A stretch of 64,000 nt of DNA from Methanobacteriota archaeon (lineage in GTDB: Archaea > Halobacteriota > Methanosarcinia > Methanosarcinales > Methanogasteraceae): assembly GCA_048634345.1 (NCBI GenBank), contig JAIWAP010000001.1:48-64047 (forward strand). The letters are read 5' to 3'. Numbering within the stretch: the stretch's first letter is position 1; each line of letters starts with the position of its first letter. A program made the translations under genes and the position numbers. Of the stretch, positions 56,043 through 64,000 are shown in pieces. The notes beneath the pieces are model-generated. The model was not told the DNA's origin and did no database searches. It saw nothing but the letters and a program-made list of their open reading frames with translations.

Positions 56043-56503
56043 TCACTTGACCGTGATCTTCGTAACTTCAGGAAGCGCACTCTTCGCCATCTCGATACGC
56101 AGTACTCCATCCTTCAGTGCGGCATCGACCTTGCCCGGGTCAACCTCAGCCGGCAGGGGTATTCTCCGGTAGAACCTGGAGTAGGCGCGCTCTCTTCGGA
56201 CATATCCCTCGCCCTTCTCTTCCTTCTCCTCCTTCTTTTCAGCCGTGATCTCAAGCACGTCTCCATGGACATTCACGGTGACTTCTCAACGCCGGGCACA
56301 TCGAGCGTGACCAGGATCTTGTCTTCGACGTCCTGTATGTCCATGGATGATGTTACGGTTTCCGCGATCTCCTCGCGAGTCCCTGCTGGCAGCAATCTCC
56401 CGGGGGCGATCGGTTCGAACTCTACAACCGCCATGTTTATCCATTCCTGCATCCTGCGTGGTTCTTCAGATGAGTCTATCCATCTTCGATACATTGCCAC
56501 CAC
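56043..56503 (-). pseudogene. Hsp20/alpha-crystallin small heat-shock protein, split by a single-base frameshift
   Basis: ...ILVTLDVPGVEKSP* then (T)VNVHGDVLEITAEKKEEKEEKGEGYVRRERAYSRFYRRIPLPAEVDPGKVDAALKDGVLRIEMAK. Together they form a complete ACD. The junction is near 56273-56280. Confidence 0.75.
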
Positions 56504-56647
56504 CGCCCAACGTTGGTGCAGACCTCATCATTTTTCCTGCTATAAAATATCGTTCCTTCTTCTGTGCCCTTATTACACCAGAACTCGGAGGTACCGCTGC
56601 TTCCGAACCGGTGAGCCGTGTTTCTTCTGAGGGGTGTAGATCCACCT

Positions 56648-57517
56648 TTAGAGCTTAATTCGCACCCGCTCATAGAAGTGCCATCTGGTCTTCACAAAGA
56701 GAGCCGGCTCGTCAGCACTTGTGATGCTGATGGTATCACCAGCGCGTACTGGCTGTGTGTACTGCCCATCAATCACGATAGCAGCACCATCTGATGCGTG
56801 TATCGGCTTGACCGTGATCTCGCTCTCGGCGCAGACCACCCATGGTCTCGATGACAGCTTGTACGGCGCAAGCGGCACGATGATTGTACCATCCACTCTT
56901 GGATCGACGATCGGACCTCCCGCGCTCATCGCATAAGCGGTGGATCCTGTCGGCGTTGCGATGACGATGCCGTCAGCGCGCAGTTCGTCGAGTTCATGAC
57001 CATCCACCAGAATGCGGAACGCAAACATCCTAGCCGGCGGTGTTGTGACGATTGAGGTTGTGACAATCACTGCTTCATTGGTAGCATACGGGAGGAAGTC
57101 TCCATTGATGTGTATCGCAAGCCGCATCCGCGCCTCGACCTCGAAATTGGCTAAAACTTCGTCAATCATCGCAAGCGCGTTTTCGGATGTGGCATCCGCA
57201 AGAAAACCGACCCTGCCAAAATTAACTCCGAGAACCGGTATCTGCTTCTTAAGTTTCTGGATGGTGCGCAGGATTGTGCCGTCGCCTCCGATAACGATCA
57301 GGAGATCCGCCCGCAGCTCCTCTATGGGCAAGCCACCGATCCCGAGTCCGGATGCGGTGTCGTGATCAAATATAACCTCCTCGATCGATGGTTTCGATTC
57401 GAGATGGCTTTGTATGCGCCCTGCCAACCTGATTGCGTCAGGCTCATCATATCTGGAAACGATTGCTACCCGTTTTACGGTCTCATCTGTGCTCACCAAA
57501 AAACGCCTCACCGACAT
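56648..57517 (-). CDS. nadK: NAD kinase
   Basis: GGDGTILR and ATPTGSTAYAMSAGGPIV motifs. Confidence 0.9.
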   Translation of the reverse strand: MSVRRFLVSTDETVKRVAIVSRYDEPDAIRLAGRIQSHLESKPSIEEVIFDHDTASGLGIGGLPIEELRADLLIVIGGDGTILRTIQKLKKQIPVLGVNFGRVGFLADATSENALAMIDEVLANFEVEARMRLAIHINGDFLPYATNEAVIVTTSIVTTPPARMFAFRILVDGHELDELRADGIVIATPTGSTAYAMSAGGPIVDPRVDGTIIVPLAPYKLSSRPWVVCAESEITVKPIHASDGAAIVIDGQYTQPVRAGDTISITSADEPALFVKTRWHFYERVRIKL

Positions 57518-57692
57518 TTGAGCGGGCGCATCACATTAGTCTTTTGTCTACTCTACTCGGGCTTCCGGGTGTTCGGATGTTACCTGATTATCGGATCTCC
57601 GGAGTTCGGGACTAAGACCTTAAAATAAAAATTAACCCCGCCGGGGGTGCCGGCGGAATTGTATCATCGTATCGGAATCGCGCGATCAGATC

Positions 57693-58631
57693 TCAGATCG
57701 GTGCATGCCCGTTCGTGTGACAGGTCATACAGTCAACGTCCACGACGATGTCCTTGTGCGCATCAGCATGGCAGTCGACACATTCCTTTGCTCCGGTGTG
57801 CTCGATGTGACAGTCGGTGCAGTTCAACTTCGCATGTTCGGTCGGATATGCGATGAACTCATCCTTAGTGTCTTCGTGGCACAACATGCACTTCTCGCTG
57901 GTCACGATCGCACCGAACTTGATCACGGTCGGAGCATGTGGGTTATGACAGACCTGACAGTCCGCCAGTCCTGATCCGTGTTCAATCCCATGACAGTCCA
58001 GACATGTCATGGATTCGGCATGATCCTTGTGACAGGAGTAGCATCCGTCTCCGATCAATGGCGCATCATAACTGTATGTCGTCGGACTCAGCGTGTATCG
58101 TCGAGCCTCATAGCTGGTGTCCTTCGTCGCATGTCCGCCACCGGATGTGATGAACTCGGTATACTGGGTCTCATGGCAGTCAGCACAGCCATAGCTGGTG
58201 TCTGCGGCGTGGGCAGGATGACAATCCCTGCAGTCGCCTTCTGCCAGTTCGGTGGCATGGTGGTAATCGCCATGGCATATCCTGCACTCTGTATACATCG
58301 GCGCAACAGGTGTGTTATGGCAGCGTATGCATTCGGTGGGTATCATTCCCTCGTGTAACTGCACGCTCTCCGGTGCCTGGGATTTCGCAAGGTCCCTGAG
58401 GCACTTCCCGGAATACGGCTCAGCACGTTCTCCTCTCTGGTCAGGAACGATCGCATTGAATACAGCGGGCCATATACCAGTCCCTGCCATCTCCTGAGTA
58501 TACTCAGGATTATGACAGCCACCACACTGCTGCATCTCGATCGATGCGTCTGAGTCATAGACGATAATCGAGATAATGACCAACCCAAGAACCATCAGCA
58601 TCAGCACGGCAAATAATTGAGTTTTGTTCAT
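57693..58631 (-). CDS. Multihaem c-type cytochrome (12 CxxCH), N-terminally membrane-anchored
   Basis: Start set at MNKTQLFAVLMLMVLGLVIISIIVY (ATG at 58631, with GAGGAA upstream). 12 CxxCH motifs counted. Confidence 0.85.
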   Translation of the reverse strand: MNKTQLFAVLMLMVLGLVIISIIVYDSDASIEMQQCGGCHNPEYTQEMAGTGIWPAVFNAIVPDQRGERAEPYSGKCLRDLAKSQAPESVQLHEGMIPTECIRCHNTPVAPMYTECRICHGDYHHATELAEGDCRDCHPAHAADTSYGCADCHETQYTEFITSGGGHATKDTSYEARRYTLSPTTYSYDAPLIGDGCYSCHKDHAESMTCLDCHGIEHGSGLADCQVCHNPHAPTVIKFGAIVTSEKCMLCHEDTKDEFIAYPTEHAKLNCTDCHIEHTGAKECVDCHADAHKDIVVDVDCMTCHTNGHAPI

Positions 58632-58719
58632 GGTAGGTTCCTCAACATTATCATAAGATGATAGTAAACACACCAAATTCCTATAAATATGTTTCGGCAT
58701 TTGCCACCAGATTGAAGTA

Positions 58720-59480
58720 ATGTTTGATCGCAAATATGCTGATATGGACTTTGAAGAACTGCGCAATACCCTGAAACAGGAGCAGAAATCGAAACTCGCA
58801 AAACTCGAGCCTGACTTTTATGAAAGTGTGCGCACGTATCTTGATGGGCTTCGTGAGGAGCAGAAAACAGCCTCTGGCAAAGAAGCCCAGTTTCTTGCAG
58901 ACGAACTTGAGACCGCAAGCGATCGTTTGCAGCGCATCTTCAATCTACGGATCGGAAAGATCGTTAATCTTGCGTCCTTGAGCATAATGGGTGAGATTGG
59001 TGGCATCAAGCATGACATCGATATGATGACGCAAATTGAGCATGGCATCTATGATTCGGTGCTTGGTGCGGTGCGGCAGGGCTGGAGTGCGGTTGAACAG
59101 ACGATTGCTGGTGAGTCGGTTGCAACGGGGGCAGCAGTTGCACCATTGCCCCTGTTACTCCAGTTACTCCAGTTACATCGGCTGCACATGTCCCGCCTGT
59201 CGAGTCGGTCACATCGGTGCCAGAAGAGGTAGCCAATAGACCATCTGAAGATGCGGGAGGGGTTGGGGGGGTTGAAGTGGTTGAAACAGTGAATTCCAGC
59301 GCACCGGATGGTTACACAATCGTGCGCGTGCTAAAGAACATCCCCACCTTCGTGGGCACGGATAGCTGCCATTACACCCTTGCAAAGAACGATGTGGTGA
59401 CGCTGCCCGACCTTCATGCAAAGGTGCTGTGCAAGCGAAGGGCGGTGCTGCCGGTTGAGATATCCTCCGAGTCCGGGTGA
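58720..59480 (+). pseudogene. GINS subunit (Gins51/Gins15-like), split by a frameshift most plausibly at the G5 run in the inter-domain linker
   Basis: A-domain: MDFEELRNTLKQEQKSKLAKLEPDFYESVRTYL...RIFNLRIGKIVNLA. B-domain in the +2 frame: GYTIVRVLKNIPTFVGTDSCHYTLAKNDVVTLPDLHAKVLCKRRAVLPVEI. The +2 frame opens after a stop at 59109-59111 and the G5 run lies in the following stretch. It may be a sequencing artefact. Confidence 0.7.
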
Positions 59481-59890
59481 GGTTAACGCCGGATGATGAT
59501 GGCGATTTAGGGACTCCCAAGCAAATAGTTTGCTCCGATGTATGCCCTGAAGTCGCCAAATCCACGATAAATACGGGGCATCTATGGGGCTCAGAGGTCG
59601 CGTGTTGGGGTGAGTGCAGACGGATGCGGGGGGGCAGGGATACAGTCATGCACGTCATAGCCAAGGGTCGCTCGGTCATCACTGTAAGTCACCATTGCAC
59701 CAGCACCATGTATGTGAGCGTTCACAGGTGGTTGGCATATTATCAAGCATCACAGGAACAACTGCGGCATATCTGTTCCAGATGTTCAAATCCGAAGCTG
59801 CCGACACAAGACTTGAATCAACAACTTCAAAACAATGACAACACCGGATAAGTTGACAGCCCCTTAGGGGGAGTTGTAATAGTATAAACA

Positions 59891-62800
59891 TTACATTGGT
59901 CTTAAATCGATGGCAAACGCACCTCTATAGTTGAATGCTATATTAAACTCCACATCCTGTCTTAAATATACTTCTCTTTTTTGAGCAAGTGGGTTAAATT
60001 TTATGTCATAACCGATCTCTTCAGATACTACGTATGCCTCCCTTTTAGACATAAATTTCGAAGTATATCCTTTAAACTTTATATCTTCTTTATTAGAATC
60101 CTTAGCCACTCTCTTAATCCCACTTGTATAAGGGTGGTCATAACTTTTTTCATTCAGTTCTTTGAAAAATGTCTTTGATGTATTATATTCTCCGCGCTCA
60201 AAGGATATCACACCCAACTCGAAAAGCAATTTCAATTCCGAGCAATTTCCATCAAACGTTTCATATCTTTCAAGAAGTAGTTCATAGATTCTTTCTACAT
60301 TATCAGGTTCGATTTCTATGGTTATATAATATTTCATCTTTAAGAGATCCTGATTTTTTTCGGATATTCTTAATCCCTCTTCCACATAAAATAAGGTTTG
60401 ATCGAGGAGTTCTTCATATTTCGATAGATCTCTTCGATGCTTTTTTGTTTCATTAAATATAAATCTACTCATGAGAATATATCCACTTATTGCATGAGGT
60501 GCATCATCAATAAATAACAAGAGTTTGTTCTTTGCCGTATTGAAATCACCAAATTTTTCATTATAAATCTTTGATTCTAGACTGACTATTGATTCAAGCT
60601 CATAATTAGCAATTGATTCTTTTGCTTCTTCGATAACTTCTAATGCTTCTGAATAATATTTATATGCATCTTCCGTTTGTTCAATGTGATCATAATACTC
60701 TCCTCTTTTAAATGAAGAATATGCTTGCGAGTGATAGGGGTACATATTCATAACACCTTTCATCTTGGAAGATTTAAAATAGAAATTAGCTCGGTCATAT
60801 AACTCTAATGCAGTATCAAAATCATCTGATAGATTGTTTAATGCTTCTTTTGAATATAGAACTCCCAAAGAGTTTAATATGACCGTTTCTGAATCCCTCC
60901 CCAAACTTCCTCCCCTGTATTTCCTTGAACTACTTAATGATCTATTTAACAAAATTTTCGCCTTCTCAAAATTTCCTTTATCTCTCTCAAGGATTCCATA
61001 ATGATGAAGAATGGTGCTATCTTCTATGCCTTTGCTCAGAATAGCGTCGTAGAGTTTTATCAAATGTTCTTCATCTATTTTCCCCTTGTCAACGCCGTTA
61101 GGTCCCAAATATTTGACCAAAAGCGATCTAACAATCTCCATCTCAGTTCGATCCAATGCTCTGACTTCTGATAAGACTTCTACATATCTTCCAACCATCG
61201 TCTCCAATTGTTCTTTATTAATCGGATCGAATAATTTTTCAACTATTTTTTGCGCAACTATCTTATTCTTTGTCCTATAGAACAAGTCTCCAGCAATAGT
61301 TTCATCTAACTCAATTATGAGCGACTTAGCTTCTGTTTCATATATATCTTCTAAAAATTCACGATAAGAATAATTGAATATCTTTTGTAGTGGACTAACT
61401 ATCATCTCCAACTTTAATGGCATATCATACTGATAAAAGAGACAGACATATTCATAGGCGCGTTTAGTTGGCTCCGATGGTAGCTTTTTATACTCATCCC
61501 ACAGTATTTCGTTTAACTTCCTTCTTGCTGGATCGACCAAGCCGTATATTATAGCAAAAAAATCGCTTTCATAGTCGGTCAGCGATTTAGCAGCCCAAAA
61601 GGGTAAATCGGCTAAAAACTCTTCATGATTCAGTAACTTTCCCAGATGTTTAATCAGACGCGTAATTTCTCCTTCATCCATTTCCTGGGGAATTTCAAAT
61701 ATATTACTATCTGATATAATCGCTCCAAATCCCCACTGCTGTTTGGAATATTCCCATTCATTGGGACGCGCCGCTCCGACTATAACTACAGGTCTGGAAT
61801 GATTTTTAAGATAAATAAGCATCTTTTTTACATTATCTATATTAGCATCTATATTATCAAATATTATTACAACTTTATGTATTTCTTCTACTGATTCGGA
61901 TTTCGAATTCACATCTTGGCAGAACTTATCGATAAGTTTGTAATCAAAGAAGCTCAGATGACTGTTGAGTACTATTACGGGATTGCCAGCTTCGTATAAG
62001 TCGTATGCCAACCTCTTAAGTAAGATCGATTTACCTAAACCGCCTCCACCCAATAGAAGAATTGCATCATTATCTTCTGGTCTATTTTCATTTACCTCGT
62101 ATTCCACCCTCTTCTTCACCTCAAAATAAATATCTCGCTTAAAATCCCATCCTTTTTTAAAAGCTTCCCAATTTTCAGATTGTCCCTTTAGGAATCTCTC
62201 AATTCGCTTTTCTTCTGTTAATCCTTCTTCAATTTTTCCTTTTTGTAAATCCTCCTCGCTAACGATCTTAAAATATTCTTCAAACTCTTTATATTCTCGA
62301 TAAGGAACTTTTACATCCCCATATTTCAATTTAAGTGATATATTAGCAGTTTTTCCTTCTGTATGAGCTGTCATTGCAGGATTTTTCCCCAATTCATTAA
62401 TAAACTCCTCGAAAGTAAGTGGTATTGGTACAATGTTTCGCTTATTGAGAAGTCTTTCGATTTTTGACCCGCGTTCGAGAGTCGGTATCAGTGCAAACGA
62501 GTTATCCATCCTATCACCGAGCTGTTTGCGCAATTCGTCTATCAATTCGACGACTATCCTATCTTTGAAGCTATAACCAATGTATAATACCGCACCATCA
62601 TGAACAAAACTGGAGAAAGTTTCTAACATCTTTCTTCTACTGTCTGATCTATTATTGTAATCTGTTCTTGTTAATACAGGAGATTCACCGGGATCGTCCC
62701 TTCTAACATCTCCCATTAGTTTAAATAGGTGAATTTCATCCCTTTTATTGAAGTTATATGGAACATCACCTCTAATTGTTGGTTTACATATTCGTGCAGT

Positions 62801-63244
62801 CTCTTCATTTTCACCATAATATTCTTCAAACGTCTTTTCGATTAGATCGTCATAATTAGTTGTAAAAATTACAGGCCACGGGTACTGGGGGATGGTTAGA
62901 TGAGCATCATTTGGTTTTAAACCATAGAATATTTTCCCGATGTGCCGTTCTAATGCACGTCTTTGCCCATTCTCTTCTATTTCCTGGCAAATATCAAGTA
63001 GGTTATATCCAATATCTTCAAAATCCACATCAGCGAACTTTTCTTTTATTAGATCAACCAATTCTTTTCCAGATAGGGAACCAGAGCCGATAGATGCACC
63101 TGCGCCTATGAAAAGTGCGATTTCTCCATCCATAATTTTCCTTAACAGATTTTGCAGCGATTTTTTTTCAGGAGATGTTAACGATTGTATATCGGACTTA
63201 TTTTCAACCGCACGTTTTCTTTGTTTCTTCAACTTTTTTGGCAT
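59891..63244 (-). CDS. SIR2-like domain - STAND P-loop NTPase - helical/TPR-like repeat protein (Avs5/SIR2-STAND-type defence candidate)
   Basis: 1117 aa. SIR2_2-type motifs IALFIGAGASIGSG, VIFTTNYDDLIE, LFKLMGDV. Walker A LLLGGGGLGKS (~aa 398-406), Walker B VVIIFDNID. The C-terminal ~500 aa are helical repeats. The gene is strongly AT-rich relative to its flanks. Confidence 0.8.
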   Translation of the reverse strand: MPKKLKKQRKRAVENKSDIQSLTSPEKKSLQNLLRKIMDGEIALFIGAGASIGSGSLSGKELVDLIKEKFADVDFEDIGYNLLDICQEIEENGQRRALERHIGKIFYGLKPNDAHLTIPQYPWPVIFTTNYDDLIEKTFEEYYGENEETARICKPTIRGDVPYNFNKRDEIHLFKLMGDVRRDDPGESPVLTRTDYNNRSDSRRKMLETFSSFVHDGAVLYIGYSFKDRIVVELIDELRKQLGDRMDNSFALIPTLERGSKIERLLNKRNIVPIPLTFEEFINELGKNPAMTAHTEGKTANISLKLKYGDVKVPYREYKEFEEYFKIVSEEDLQKGKIEEGLTEEKRIERFLKGQSENWEAFKKGWDFKRDIYFEVKKRVEYEVNENRPEDNDAILLLGGGGLGKSILLKRLAYDLYEAGNPVIVLNSHLSFFDYKLIDKFCQDVNSKSESVEEIHKVVIIFDNIDANIDNVKKMLIYLKNHSRPVVIVGAARPNEWEYSKQQWGFGAIISDSNIFEIPQEMDEGEITRLIKHLGKLLNHEEFLADLPFWAAKSLTDYESDFFAIIYGLVDPARRKLNEILWDEYKKLPSEPTKRAYEYVCLFYQYDMPLKLEMIVSPLQKIFNYSYREFLEDIYETEAKSLIIELDETIAGDLFYRTKNKIVAQKIVEKLFDPINKEQLETMVGRYVEVLSEVRALDRTEMEIVRSLLVKYLGPNGVDKGKIDEEHLIKLYDAILSKGIEDSTILHHYGILERDKGNFEKAKILLNRSLSSSRKYRGGSLGRDSETVILNSLGVLYSKEALNNLSDDFDTALELYDRANFYFKSSKMKGVMNMYPYHSQAYSSFKRGEYYDHIEQTEDAYKYYSEALEVIEEAKESIANYELESIVSLESKIYNEKFGDFNTAKNKLLLFIDDAPHAISGYILMSRFIFNETKKHRRDLSKYEELLDQTLFYVEEGLRISEKNQDLLKMKYYITIEIEPDNVERIYELLLERYETFDGNCSELKLLFELGVISFERGEYNTSKTFFKELNEKSYDHPYTSGIKRVAKDSNKEDIKFKGYTSKFMSKREAYVVSEEIGYDIKFNPLAQKREVYLRQDVEFNIAFNYRGAFAIDLRPM

Positions 63245-63666
63245 GGTTGACCTCTGCTTATGTGGAATGGGTCACTAGATCGTACCCCGTGGCTAGCTCA
63301 AATATAAATCGGATTCAAACATTAAGAATCTTTTGCAATATTGGAGCCCATCCACTAAATCATAACTTACACTCCACACTGCTCACGCGATCAACCCGAC
63401 CTTATGTTCATTGTGAGAGTCTCTTACGTCACCAAACCCCTCCCGCAAGTCCGGAGCCTGTACATAGCAATCCCCTGCCACATATCTCACCGTTGCACTC
63501 CGGATCAAGCCCACCAGCCGCCATACCAACGACGATATCGCAAGACTGCCATCTCGATCGCAGGGATTCCGTACGGTTGACGGCTCAGTTGACTTGACAC
63601 GCAAACCCGAGCACCGATTCCACAAGTGTTCGGTAAGCGATCTTAATATAAAATGCGGAAGACCAC

Positions 63667-64000
63667 TCATTGGTGGTCTGACGCTTCCGGCACATCCTCG
63701 CTTGCAAGCTCCCTGACCGGTGATGATCCGGAGCCAATGATCTCGATTGCCCGCTGCACAACCTCGTCAACGCCGTATCCGGTCTCTGTCGAGATCTTGT
63801 ACTCCCACTCGCCGTGAAAGTCGTCAAGATCGCACTTATTCGCAACAGCAAGAACCGGAATTGCAAGTGTTTGCTCGATCTCATGAAGTAGGCTGAGCTG
63901 AGCCGTTAGCGGATACCCACAGTGCTCGGCAGGGTCGATCAGAAGCAGTACGAGGTCGCCTACGTGTTTCAGCGCTGTTATCGCCTGCAACTCAATCGCA
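63667..64000 (-). CDS. NOG1/DRG-like GTP-binding protein, C-terminal part (gene continues beyond right edge)
   Basis: VLLLIDPAEHCGYPLTAQLSLLHEI....PVLAVANKCDL contains the G4 NKxD motif and is typical of archaeal NOG1-family GTPases. The frame stays open to the window edge. Confidence 0.65.
   Translation of the reverse strand, partial: AIELQAITALKHVGDLVLLLIDPAEHCGYPLTAQLSLLHEIEQTLAIPVLAVANKCDLDDFHGEWEYKISTETGYGVDEVVQRAIEIIGSGSSPVRELASEDVPEASDHQ

Noticed and set aside
63245-63670. ORF 63383-63670 (minus strand, 95 aa) and 63175-63597 (plus strand) in the spacer between the SIR2-STAND gene and the GTPase gene. The spacer was also checked for a tRNA as a possible integration target.
   Set aside because: There is no recognisable family, RBS or cloverleaf, and the composition is not distinctive. 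I cannot support a feature here, although the spacer may contain the island junction.

Overview
This 64-kb window looks like part of a euryarchaeal chromosome of the methanogen/ANME type (Methanomicrobia/Methanosarcinia-like). The lineage call rests on SepCysS, class-I LysRS, Top6B, aRF1, diphthine synthase, NikR and GINS; G+C is roughly 50% by eye. Housekeeping genes include aRF1, RtcB, XseAB, tRNA-Arg(TCT), LysK, NikR, Top6B, Dph5, uL15-SecY-Adk, Pol IV, uS15, flavodoxin, SepCysS, ArgRS and NAD kinase. Accessory material is interspersed among them:

1. A left-end junkyard (345-4326) holds an intact ISAzo13-like IS, a decayed second transposase, a methyltransferase fragment and a type-I HsdR C-terminal relic.
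2. The most interesting locus is a ~12.6-kb co-directional cluster (32.8-45.4 kb). It encodes two giant, apparently secreted and C-terminally anchored CobN-like proteins, a small dockerin-bearing secreted protein, a polytopic CPVC-motif membrane protein, a MotA/TolQ/ExbB-like proton channel and a small ExbD-like/DUF2149-like protein. I read this as a Ton-like, pmf-energised extracytoplasmic chelatase-like system in an archaeon. I know of no experimental characterisation of such a system.
3. Two multihaem c-type cytochromes are present, with 11 and 12 CxxCH motifs. One carries a canonical PGF-CTERM tail.
4. Two AT-rich defence-like STAND modules are present. One is a 1117-aa SIR2-NTPase-TPR protein. 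The other is a four-gene translationally coupled operon (Arch_ATPase-like NTPase, TPR protein, zinc ribbon, membrane protein) bracketed by ~118-bp direct repeats.
5. There are several intergenic repeat families and a duplicated ~150-nt leader with a 44-nt palindrome around a TATA-like element.
6. Single-nucleotide frameshifts cluster in the right third of the window. Four of the five would be repaired by adding one base at or next to a short run of identical bases. They may be assembly errors rather than true pseudogenes.

All family assignments come from motif recognition by eye. No database search was run.
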